Shown piece by piece: positions 49,710 through 61,479 of a DNA stretch of 64,000 nucleotides. The stretch is from Octopus bimaculoides (lineage: Eukaryota). The translations under genes were made by a program, and so were the position numbers. The stretch spans positions 30,492,732 to 30,556,731 of the forward strand of contig NC_068983.1 in NCBI RefSeq assembly GCF_001194135.2. The letters are read 5' to 3'. Each line of letters opens with the position of its first letter. Position 1 is the first letter of the stretch. Under the pieces are notes generated by a model. That model did no database searches, was not told where the DNA came from, and saw only the letters and a list, made by a program, of their open reading frames with translations.

Positions 49710-52437
49710 TATTAACACAAATCATACATACCTAACTTGATAATATAAACCAGGTCATGGATAATTTAGTACCGGCTTGCAGAGAAAAATTACTTTTTAA
49801 TGTTATTTTTATTTTATGGACTACCGCAGTCTGCAAGGTGTTTTTGTATTATATATGTAGTACGTGTCCTTGTGGTTATGGGTGTTGCACTCACGATCAT
49901 GAGATCGTGGTTTCAATTCTCAGACCGGCTGCGTGTTGAGTTCTTGAGTAAGCCGCTTCATTTCATGTTGCTCCAGTGCACGCGGCTGTAAATGGATAAC
50001 CTTGCGACGGACTAGCTTTCCGATCAGGAGTTGGCATCATTCAAAAGATAGAACGATGCAAAGTGCATTGTGACCAACGATGTGTAACAGCATCCTATAG
50101 TCTGGTCTTGTTTTTTTTTTTGTTATGCGCGTTTTGCTCCGGTCTGTGGAAAAATAGTCTGGTATGAAACCGGTATGTGGTGCAGAACAGATCTGGGGAT
50201 GCTAACATCCACTACACTTCCAAATCATACCCCTTCCTCCTACATTGCAATCTGATAAACTTCACCTGCGATTCCGTTTGGTCATTAAATATACTTCTAT
50301 CTCACATACACAGTCACAAACACATAAAAAACCTACATACACACATTCAAATACACCCATACACAAATCAATACACCCATCACAGGCCTCTGCATACAAT
50401 TATACACACACACACACATACACACGCGCGCATAAAGCCTACACAGACTTATTCCCACAAATACATATACAAAGCGCCTACACGCGCACATGCGTCCAGC
50501 ATAAACACACACACACATACACACAATATATGGTGTATAGTAACCAAAATGAAAGCCTTTTACAATATTCAATATGCACAAACTATCCAGTGCAGACCAA
50601 ACAGACCGTAAGCATTCGATTTGACGCTTCTGGTGTTAGTTTCAAGTCATTCTTACTTAGTCTACTGTAACAGAAAAAAACAACCTCAGAGATTATTACA
50701 AACAGATATATTCACTCTATGGAGGCGCAATGGCCCAGTGGCTAGGGCAGCGGACTTGCGGTCGGAGGATCGCGGTTTTGATTCCCAGACCGGGCGTTGT
50801 GTGTGTTTATTGAGCGAAAACACCTAAAGCTCCACGAGGCTCCGGCAGGGGATGGTGGCGACCCTTGTACTCTTCTACCACAACTTTCTCTCACTCTTAC
50901 TTCCTGTTTCTTGAGTAAAACGCTGCGATGAACTGGCGTCCCGTCCAACTAGGGGTAGGGGGAACACGTACGCCATCAAAACCGAGAAATCGGCACAAGG
51001 GGCTAAGAGGATTTCCATTCCATTCCATATTCACTCTACTCAACACTTACATTTAGAACTCATTTGAGCAACAATTACATAAACACGTGTGTACGTGTAT
51101 GTATATATGCATATTATGTGCGTAATAAAGTAAAACGAAATACCAATATTTTGTATGCATTTAATAGACGTGTTTCAGGTAATTATGCAAGAGACAAACT
51201 CTTTCTCAGTTTAAACGTTTCAGTATATGTGTGCGTATGTACATATTTTGGTATTATTTGGATAATGAATGTCGGCCGTGTATTGAAGTCGGTTCAATTA
51301 CATCACGAATGACGCATTTTTGCCATCTAAACAACGCACAATACTGTTAAAATAACATTTATTTTCTGAATTTTCATCGCATATCAGCAACCTGGTCACA
51401 TGCACTGTAAACTATGCACAATAGTTTTTATAGAATAATTCAAAATTTTTGAAGTAAGTTATACCTAAAAATTTAGCATTGTTGCGTGTAATGTAAACAA
51501 GTGTAAAGACTTGTTTACACTTGTTTATCTTAGATATTGCTTGGCTGAAGCTGTAGGTATAAATTATGAGGATGATCACACACGTACGTATATTTAATTT
51601 ACATGCGTACATACCTGTATGTATGTATGTATGTATGTATACTCTTTTACTTGTTTCAGTCATTTGACTGTGGCCATGCTGGAGCAGCGCCCTTTGTTGA
51701 GCAAATCGACCCCAGGACTTATTCTTTGTAAGCCTAATACATATTCTATCGGTCACTTTTGCCGAACCGCTAAGTTACGGGGACGTAAACACACCAGCAT
51801 CGGTTGTCAAGCGATGTTGGGGGACAAACACAGACACACAAACATATACACACACATACATATATATATATATANNNNNNNNNNNNNNNNNNNNNNNNNN
51901 NNNNNNNNNNNNNNNNNNNNNNNNNNNNNNNNNNNNNNNNNNNNNNNNNNNNNNNNNNNNNNNNNNNNNNNNNNNNNNNNNNNNNNNNNNNNNNNNNNNN
52001 NNNNNNNNNNNNNNNNNNNNNNNNNNNNNNNNNNNNNNNNNNNNNNNNNNNNNNNNNNNNNNNNNNNNNNNNNNNNNNNNNNNNNNNNNNNNNNNNNNNN
52101 NNNNNNNNNNNNNNNNNNNNNNNNNNNNNNNNNNNNNNNNNNNNNNNNNNNNNNNNNNNNNNNNNNNNNNNNNNNNNNNNNNNNNNNNNNNNNNNNNNNN
52201 NNNNNNNNNNNNNNNNNNNNNNNNNNNNNNNNNNNNNNNNNNNNNNNNNNNNNNNNNNNNNNNNNNNNNNNNNNNNNNNNNNNNNNNNNNNNNNNNNNNN
52301 NNNNNNNNNNNNNNNNNNNNNNNNNNNNNNNNNNNNNNNNNNNNNNNNNNNNNNNNNNNNNNNNNNNNNNNNNNNNNNNNNNNNNNNNNNNNNNNNNNNN
52401 NNNNNNNNNNNNNNNNNNNNNNNNNNNNNNNNNNNNN

Positions 52438-52630
52438 TAGACATATATATAGACATATATATATATATATATATATAGACATATATATAGACATATATAT
52501 AGACATATATATAGACATATATATATATATATATATAGACATATATATAGACATATATATATATATATATAGACATATATATAGACATATATATATATAT
52601 ATAGACATATATATAGACATATATATAGAC

Positions 52631-52660
<30 letters not shown>
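52438..52660. repeat. (ATATATAGAC)n / (TA)n compound repeat
   Basis: Directly visible; continues from gap 51875-52437. Confidence 0.9.
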
Positions 52661-52661
<1 letters not shown>

Positions 52662-53980
52662 TACCGGCATAATGCCTCTCCCAAGGTTTAATTGTATGTA
52701 TATATATATACATATATATATATACTGAGAGAGATACATGTACAAAGACACTTATGTATCTTGCATACAATACACAGACACGTACGCGCATTCTTGCACG
52801 CACGCATATTTTTTGCATATGGTCATATACTCGTCAATTTCACCGCTCTTACGAAAGTGTTTCCAACAATTAGGAATATAAAGTATTTTATGAATTCAGG
52901 AATGGTGCTTGGATACTTTAGCATTCTGTTCTTAAGTTAATCAAAACAACTCCAGCTGGTAAAGTAAGACTGTCTGCTTGTTTAGGTATTTGATTAGTTC
53001 GTGTTTGTTTCTATTATATTTCTTTGTATCTTCTTCGAATTATATTTTCAGTGAGAAAAGAACCACCCTCCTTACGAGAGTCGTAAGTACCTCTTATATT
53101 ACGTTGTTGTTGTTAGAGATTGTGTTGTTGATGAGTTCTGTCTGTCTTTCATTCATTCTTTCTTTATTTGTCTGTCTGTCTGTCTCTGTCTTTGGACTGC
53201 TGCCAAACTTTGGATTTAAGTCCCCATAATTTAGCGGTTCGTGAAAGAGACCGATAGAATGAGTACCAAATCCTTAAAAAAATAAGTCCTGGGGTCGATT
53301 CGTTCGACTAAAACACTTCAATTTCGTGCCCCAGCATGACTGCAGTCTCATGATTGAAACAAAAGGTAAAAGATGTGTGTGCATATATANNNNNNNNNNN
53401 NNNNNNNNNNNNNNNNNNNNNNNNNNNNNNNNNNNNNNNNNNNNNNNNNNNNNNNNNNNNNNNNNNNNNNNNNNNNNNNNNNNNNNNNNNNNNNNNNNNN
53501 NNNNNNNNNNNNNNNNNNNNNNNNNNNNNNNNNNNNNNNNNNNNNNNNNNNNNNNNNNNNNNNNNNNNNNNNNNNNNNNNNNNNNNNNNNNNNNNNNNNN
53601 NNNNNNNNNNNNNNNNNNNNNNNNNNNNNNNNNNNNNNNNNNNNNNNNNNNNNNNNNNNNNNNNNNNNNNNNNNNNNNNNNNNNNNNNNNNNNNNNNNNN
53701 NNNNNNNNNNNNNNNNNNNNNNNNNNNNNNNNNNNNNNNNNNNNNNNNNNNNNNNNNNNNNNNNNNNNNNNNNNNNNNNNNNNNNNNNNNNNNNNNNNNN
53801 NNNNNNNNNNNNNNNNNNNNNNNNNNNNNNNNNNNNNNNNNNNNNNNNNNNNNNNNNNNNNNNNNNNNNNNNNNNNNNNNNNNNNNNNNNNNNNNNNNNN
53901 NNNNNNNNNNNNNNNNNNNNNNNNNNNNNNNNNNNNNNNNNNNNNNNNNNTATTTGCTTTTTTTCATTTTAAATTTGCTC

Positions 53981-54012
53981 TAACCCTAACCCTAACCTTA
54001 GGGTTAGGGTTA
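53981..54012. repeat. Inverted telomere-like repeat (TAACCC)n-(TTAGGG)n palindrome
   Basis: taaccctaaccctaa cc ttagggttagggtta, a perfect 15-bp inverted repeat. Confidence 0.85.
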
Positions 54013-54873
54013 ATTGTTTCAGAATCGTTTGTTTATGTAGTCGGCTCTTAATGTATATCGGCTGAATGGACGTCAATGATTGGTTGAAATTACAGAAATA
54101 CGACAACTTTAACATGAAATAACTTGCGATGTACGTTTTTTTGTTAAGAAGACTAAGAGAAAAAGATGTTTCATATGACACATTCTACCAGTGTTCCAAG
54201 TTTCAAAGTGTTTCATTAATGAAAAATGTGGCCCCCCGTTTTAAAAAAGATCCGTATATCTTTCAAAATATTAAATATTGATTTCCTGAATATATTATTG
54301 ATTAGTTCTACGAATTTATTAATGATATAAAACACACACACATATATATATATATATGTATATGTGTGTGTGTGTGTATGTGTGTGTGTGTATACATATG
54401 TGTGCATATATAGATATGTGTGTGCATATATGCATGTGTGTGTATATACGTGTGTGTGCATATATATATGTTTGTGTGTGTGTGTTCGTAGCGGGACTAT
54501 TTAGCAACAAGAGGTCCGATGGCACGATTCGCTAGAATATTACCTACGCCATCGAAAAAAGCTGACCAGTCAAGACTTCACCTGGAACAGGCTCCAACAA
54601 CAATTTCATCTTGCGGCCCGCTTCTTTCTGAGCCTAGACATCACTATATATTCAGCGCACCTTAGCAACCAGTTACGCACTGGTGTCGATATAATCGACT
54701 GGCCACCTCTCCCAAAATGTTGGGCCTTGTGCCTAGAGTAGAAAACATTATACGATCTAGCACATTGCCCAGTATAACACCACCGCTAACACATCACGTC
54801 CACTTCTACGTGAAATTACTGTTTTAAGTATTCGTATCAGATTTCCTGTTTCCTCACCTTTGTTTTTCTGTAG

Positions 54874-54973
54874 ACATTGACTGGCATGTGTTCAGGCTAG
54901 ATGTTTCACATGAATCTCCACAGCCTATGACAGTCGCTAAATTAAAAAAAGAAAAAAGGAAACGAGCAACAAT
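54874..54973 (+). CDS. Possible downstream exon (DIDWHVFRLDVSHESPQPMTVAKLKKEKRKRAT)
   Basis: Strong acceptor cctttgtttttctgtag; only the phase-1 frame is open; weak donor at|gtaatt. No domain recognised. Confidence 0.3.
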
Positions 54974-55039
54974 GTAATTTATGTCTTATAAAGCGTTCAG
55001 TGTCAAGACTATATTAATACTATTGTTTTCTCTTTACAG

Positions 55040-55074
55040 ATGTTCAGAAGGAAACTGCGACACGCGATGGGGAT
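55040..55074 (+). CDS. Possible 35-nt exon (CSEGNCDTRWG in phase 2-1, or DVQKETATRDGD in phase 1-0)
   Basis: Strong acceptor ttgttttctctttacag and donor gat|gtaagt. Frame ambiguous. Confidence 0.4.
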
Positions 55075-55529
55075 GTAAGTAGTCGATAGTTTATATAGAG
55101 TGTAAAGTTTGAATGACAAACGCTGGTATTGGTATAGTACAAGCAATTTTACACATACGCACACACACTCACATAAATGCAAGAGCAAAATAAAACAGTT
55201 AAACTCTTCGTTATGATATCATAAATTACGTAATGCTTACACGTATTTTATTTACAAACACTAGTACGTTATGCGGTAATTGTTACGTAAGTGATTGCAT
55301 AATCACCTTGAAATGCCAGCTCTTTAGAAGTAAATTCTTTATTATAATCATAAGATCGTACATAGAATTGGACATAACAGGACAGACAATTACAAAAAGG
55401 TTATGTGAGTTCGAGTGATTCTTTTAAAAAGTTAATTATGAACAAACGAATGATTTATGGATAAAAGCATAAATTGCTTACTTTTGTTTTTAAATGACAA
55501 ATTGTCTTACTTTTGCCTTTACACAAGAA

Positions 55530-58345
55530 CTGTTTTGTTATTATTATTAAATAGATGGTAGAATACATTACATGGTAATAAAAGTAGCAGGTTTACCAAN
55601 NNNNNNNNNNNNNNNNNNNNNNNNNNNNNNNNNNNNNNNNNNNNNNNNNNNNNNNNNNNNNNNNNNNNNNNNNNNNNNNNNNNNNNNNNNNNNNNNNNNN
55701 NNNNNNNNNNNNNNNNNNNNNNNNNNNNNNNNNNNNNNNNNNNNNNNNNNNNNNNNNNNNNNNNNNNNNNNNNNNNNNNNNNNNNNNNNNNNNNNNNNNN
55801 NNNNNNNNNNNNNNNNNNNNNNNNNNNNNNNNNNNNNNNNNNNNNNNNNNNNNNNNNNNNNNNNNNNNNNNNNNNNNNNNNNNNNNNNNNNNNNNNNNNN
55901 NNNNNNNNNNNNNNNNNNNNNNNNNNNNNNNNNNNNNNNNNNNNNNNNNNNNNNNNNNNNNNNNNNNNNNNNNNNNNNNNNNNNNNNNNNNNNNNNNNNN
56001 NNNNNNNNNNNNNNNNNNNNNNNNNNNNNNNNNNNNNNNNNNNNNNNNNNNNNNNNNNNNNNNNNNNNNNNNNNNNNNNNNNNNNNNNNNNNNNNNNNNN
56101 NNNNNNNNNNNNNNNNNNNNNNNNNNNNNNNNNNNNNNNNNNNNNNNNNNNNNNNNNNNNNNNNNNNNNNNNNNNNNNNNNNNNNNNNNNNNNNNNNNNN
56201 NNNNNNNNNNNNNNNNNNNNNNNNNNNNNNNNNNNNNNNNNNNNNNNNNNNNNNNNNNNNNNNNNNNNNNNNNNNNNNNNNNNNNNNNNNNNNNNNNNNN
56301 NNNNNNNNNNNNNNNNNNNNNNNNNNNNNNNNNNNNNNNNNNNNNNNNNNNNNNNNNNNNNNNNNNNNNNNNNNNNNNNNNNNNNNNNNNNNNNNNNNNN
56401 NNNNNNNNNNNNNNNNNNNNNNNNNNNNNNNNNNNNNNNNNNNNNNNNNNNNNNNNNNNNNNNNNNNNNNNNNNNNNNNNNNNNNNNNNNNNNNNNNNNN
56501 NNNNNNNNNNNNNNNNNNNNNNNNNNNNNNNNNNNNNNNNNNNNNNNNNNNNNNNNNNNNNNNNNNNNNNNNNNNNNNNNNNNNNNNNNNNNNNNNAAGC
56601 AGAAAAGGAGTCGTTCCAACTTTCTTAGCCACAAATCGGGGCAAGGCACAACGGACAGGCGATAGGTGATTACAGATGCTATGAACACCTGCACCACCTC
56701 CGCTCTGCCCTTCAAGGACAGTCGCCTCCCGGACCACTTCCGGCTTATGGCTTCCACCTTGTTCACTACCTCACTCCAATTCTTCTCTGTCTGGGAGTCT
56801 GGACCAAACCAAACTCCGAGCAACTTAACAGGACCATCCGTCCAGTTTCCAACTACACTGGACGATATCGGCTTGTTCCTCCAGGTGCTTAGGCGCAAAC
56901 CGATGGACTTGTCCTTGTTAACTTTTGCCCCTGCCACCACTTCGTATCTTCTGAGAGCATCTTCTACACAAGGTAGCTGTGCTTCGTTGGACACGATGAG
57001 GGTGACGTCATCCGCATAAGCAGAAACAGACTTACCGCATCCGATTTCATTTGGGTTGCCGCCTAATCTCTCCAACTTCCGCAGCAATGGCTCAAGAGAT
57101 AAAACGTATAGAAGCGTGGACAAGGGACACCCTTGACGAACTGAACGCTTGATCGAAAACGGCTCTGTTAGGTAACCGTTTATCTGGACCGTGGACTTGA
57201 TGTCGCTATACATAACGGAGATCCACCCACGAAAGCCAGGGCCTAGCCCAGCCGCTTCGAGGACAGCCCCCAGGTAACGATGGTCAACCCTATCGAACGC
57301 TTTACTTTGGTCTAAATGGACTAATGCCCCTCCTTTGCCGGTTAATTTTCCAACCCTATCTAAGGTGTAGCGGAGAAGGTGAAGATTATCCTGGATCGAC
57401 CTGCCTGGGATTGCACATGTCTGTGCCTTCCCGACAAGTTTCTCCACGACCACCTTCAACCTCCTCACTAACACCTTTGCCAGAATCTTTAACTCTACAT
57501 TAAGTAGAGTTATGGGCCTATAATTACCGATGTTATCCCCCATGTTTGGATCTTTCTGAATCAGTGTCACAACTCCCCGACTCACAGAACTGGGAATCCT
57601 CTCGTTCTGCTGCCAGTTTGCATAGACACTAGCCAGTATATCTCCAAACAGTTTCGGCATGCAACGATAAAACTCATAGGGCAGACCATCTAGTCCCGGT
57701 GACTTTTCCCCGGCACACTCTGCCAACACCTCTCTTACCTCCGCGGGAGTGATCAGTCCTTCACAGCATCCAGCCTCGCGCGCCGAGAGTCGCGGTCCAC
57801 CGTTTAGGAAGTCCTTTAAGGTTTCTCCCCGCTCAAGCGGACTACCCTCCCCGAACAACCGAGCGAAATGCTGGTGAAAGACTTTCTGCATCTCCTCCTG
57901 CCCATAGATCTTGCGTCCCTGTTCGTCGGTTAAAGACTTAATACAGGACTTCTTGCCCTTCTGACACTCCTCATGACGTGCCCATCCGGCAACATTAATA
58001 CCTTCACGTTTCCCTGCACGTAGCTTAGCTCTAACTCTGCACCCTTCATGCTTGGCGTAGAGGTGACGGTGCAAGACCATCCTCGCTGCCAACACTCTAG
58101 ACGCAGAGCCAGATTCCATTGCCTCGTCTAATTTTTTAACTAATTCGCCCTCTATCCTAGTCTTATCTGAACTTAGCTGATTGCTAAATCTAATGGACTC
58201 CGAATGGATGGCTCTTTTGAGAGCGTGCCACCACACGGATCACAAACTTGTGACGTGTGAGGTACACGTAGATAAATGTCATAGACAGGGACCCGGGTTT
58301 TGGAAGATGAACAAGTCTCTTTTGAATTGTGAAGCTCTTTAGAAG
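55530..58345 (-). mobile_element. Young Tx1/L1-clade LINE, 5'-truncated, with inverted 5' segment; ORF2 linker + reverse transcriptase
   Basis: Stop-free frame 58236-56597 with KSPGLDGLPYEFY, NYRPITLLN, LDQSKAFDRVDH, VRQGCPLS, YADD. Probable (AAT)n tail near 55540. Gap 55600-56596. Endonuclease-end motifs on the opposite strand at 58235-58342. Confidence 0.93.
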
Positions 58346-58724
58346 TAGACAGTAATTCAATTCATTGTAGATACAGTTAAATGGCCGTCATCATCGTTCT
58401 GACGTTCACTTTTCCTTGCTTGCATGTGTAAGACTTGACATTATTGAACTGATTAACCAGTAGAATGTGGCTCATGCCGATATGGCAACATGGTAAGCCA
58501 AACAAAACTGAGCCAATAGGAAAAATATGTGATAGAGTAATGAGCTAATCAAGTGTTGTAAAGTCACGGTGTTACAATGTAGTTGATACTAAGTAGTATG
58601 CAGTTATTAAAAAAAAACTTTTAAAAAGCCCTGAGAAACGTGTTGTAACATAGTAGACCCGATTGATTATCGTTATGAAAGAAACCTATACCTAAATTTG
58701 AGACAAAATAGCTGTCTATTCGGT

Positions 58725-59339
58725 GGTTTATCATCATAATAAAACTGATGCTGTTCATTTTTAGTCAACTGAGTCAAAATTAGAGTTTTATCTCTCGAAG
58801 CAGTGACAGTACTGTCTTGATTGACTGGGTTCGTAAAAATTTCTGTAACCCATCCACCATGCTCCATAAAGGTTCCACGTAAAGTTATTTTCATAAGGAT
58901 TCTTGACGATTAGAGAAACAATCTTGATCTCTACCAAATGGCTAACAACAAAAAGAATGCGAATGGATCAAGCATCATGGTTTAGGATCTTGACAAGAAG
59001 GGTGTTGATGAGCTTTGTCCAGAAGTAATGGCAGAAAATACGAAATCGTCACACGTTTCTTATGTATTTCGTTTGGCCTGCTGACGGTCAAACTTTGGTG
59101 GTTATACAGATTATATTGTCTGTCTGGCATAAGTCTACTACCGCTCGATTAACATTTTAAAATCAACCTTCAGGGTGTGTGTAAAAATATGTTATCTAAT
59201 GGCAAAGGCAAATATGCTATATTTGGAATCAATGTCCTTGATATCGTGGAACTTTCGAACAATCCCTGCTGTTCTTGATAAAACATATTTCTGGATTAAT
59301 GCAACTCGCGTAGTTCTACTGATCTCGATAAAAAAAAAA
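58725..59339 (+). pseudogene. RACK1: RACK1 (GNB2L1) processed pseudogene: inverted N-terminal piece (58745-58894, -) joined to C-terminal piece (about 58925-59150, +), 3' UTR and poly(A)
   Basis: Minus: TLRGTFMEHGGWVTEIFTNP..D...ASRDKTLILTQLTKNE, about 24/44 identical to recalled human RACK1. Plus: GSSIMV*DLDKKGVDELCPEV...WPADGQTL..GYTD with stops and frameshifts. A10 at 59330-59339. Degenerate TSD at 58705-58724 and 59336-59356. Confidence 0.88.
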
Positions 59340-59501
59340 CTACCATGTCTATTGGTAACGGTATCTAGGGCACCTATAACTACTAGAAATGGATTCAAAT
59401 TGTGGCATAAGGCCGGTGATTAGTCGACTGGTACTAACCTTTATAGACCCAAAAAATATGAAAAGCAAATTTAGCCTCACTGAGATTTGAATTCGAGATG
59501 A

Positions 59502-59555
<54 letters not shown>

Positions 59556-59559
59556 AAAT

Positions 59560-60247
59560 AATAATAATAATGATAATAATCCTTTCTACTATAGGCACAA
59601 GGCCTGGGTTTTTGTGGGTAGAGGGACACGCATTCGCATCGACCTCAGTATTTGACTGGTACTTAATTTATCGACCCCGAAAGGATGAAAGCAAAGTCGA
59701 CCTCGGCGGAATTTGAACTCAGAACATAGCGACGGACGAAATACCGCTAAGCATTTCGTCCGGCGTGCTAACAATGATGATAATGATAATCCTTTCTACT
59801 ATAGGCACAATGCCTCAAATGTGGAGAAAGGGATTAAGTCGATTACATCCACCCCAGTGCGTAACTGGTACTTATTTCATCGAACCCGAAAGGATGAATG
59901 ACAAAGCTGACCTCAGCGGAACCTGAACGCAGAAAGTAGCGTCGGGCAAAATACCGCTAAGTATTTCGTCCAGCGTGTTAACGATTATGCCAGCTCACCG
60001 CCTTAATAATAATAATAATAATCCTTTCTGTTATAGGCACAAGGCCTGAAATTTTTGTGAGGTGGGGTGGGTGGGCTAGTCGATGACATTAAGTACCAAT
60101 ACTCAACTGGTACTTAATTTATCGACACCGAAAGGATGAAAGACAAAGTCGACCTCGGCGGAATTTGAACTCAGCAAGTAGTGGCAGACGAAATACCGCT
60201 AAGCATTTCGCCCGGTGTGCTAATGATCCTGCCAGCTCGCCGCCTTG
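59560..60247 (-). mobile_element. Head-to-tail array of three tRNA-derived SINEs (Nin/Deu-like core gtcgactttgcctttcatcctttcggggtcgataa)
   Basis: Three units of about 220 bp, joined through (ATT)n tails; the middle and right units start aaggcggcgagctggcag. Further copies at about 8080, 11540, 13200, 15400, 25800, 27615, 32270, 38775, 39675, 62090 and 62660. Confidence 0.85.
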
Positions 60248-61479
60248 ATAATAATTATAATATTCTCATATCGGCCACTTTACCAAACGATTTGAAATTA
60301 TATAGACAGCCGTCAGAAAGGGGTGAAAGGAACAGTGCGGCGTGGGGTATGCGGGCATTACGGCTGTTGTAATAATAATAATAATAAACGGAACAAAAAC
60401 GCCCATATCAAAACCAGGAAGAAAACCTTTTTAGTGCTTTGGAGGTATGCCATTTGGAATTGGAGCCAAAGAGCACCATGGCATGGGTAATATTTGGTTG
60501 TGGGGGTGGGACTGGAGCCGGGGTGGAGGATGGCGGATAGTGGGGGAAGGCTAATTTTAAGATCATGTGTAATTATGTACAAGTATATCTGTGCGTGTGT
60601 ATCACAGATGGGTGTTGAAAGCCTTGCTTGTATTTCTTCTAGAGTGTCTTCTTGCCATTCTGCAATACTTCTCTCCAATTCTCATCGAGTAATTGACTTC
60701 TGATGATAATCCTCATCGTATTTCTGAAGTTCGAAGTCGAGCGGTTTTTTAACAACTGAAAATGTCTTCGTCCATATGACTTGCAGTTAGTTACCTGTTG
60801 CTTGTATGAAAAGTTGCCCCTTCCTTTCGTTACTTTTATGCTCTTAATCCTTCCTTGCCTTAAGCATATTCATTAATCCACTCACATACTTCATTATTTC
60901 TTCTGTTTTTGGCTCTATCCATCTACATTAGGCTTCTTCTCTTTGTTCAGTCAACTAAAATCTACTTCCACTTCATCTTTTCAGTTCTAAATGGTACCAC
61001 TAACGAAGTTCAATATCATACGCAAGTTTCTCTCCTTTTCCCCCTCACTTAATCACCCTCTGTGTTTCTCTATCTCCCTCTTTTATCATTACACATGTAT
61101 ACAGTTGCTTAATGAGTAGAATGTTCTTTTCATTTCTCAATTTCTTAAGATAAGAAATGAAAAGACCAATCCACTCATATTAAGCAACTGTATCCCAACT
61201 TTTGCCCATCTCGGTATGTGTGTGTGTGTATGTATATAGATAGATATATATATAATATAAAACGATGGAAATGAGTGTTCAACACCGCATTGGTGAATAT
61301 AATTTCTTTACTTGTGAATTAAGGCTACCATTGGTTTCATGTTAAGAAAAGCAGGAAAATATTCAAGTGTCTTAATTTTTCAAGCCGATCACATAGAAAA
61401 AGTGTTCGCCTCAATTTTGGAAAACAGTTCCGCTTCGTTCACGTGGTTTCTCGTAAATTCGCGTAAATAAAACAATGAA

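Noticed and set aside
51619-54051. ORFs of 200-350 aa
   Set aside because: Mostly N gaps and (TA)n tracts read through as X.
58371-58427. Candidate exon or hydrophobic MAVIIVLTFTF stretch as the TM segment
   Set aside because: An in-frame TAA immediately precedes it; the other frames look non-coding.
59498-59716. Poly-Leu ORF resembling a signal peptide or TM segment
   Set aside because: It is an (ACT)n microsatellite followed by SINE sequence.
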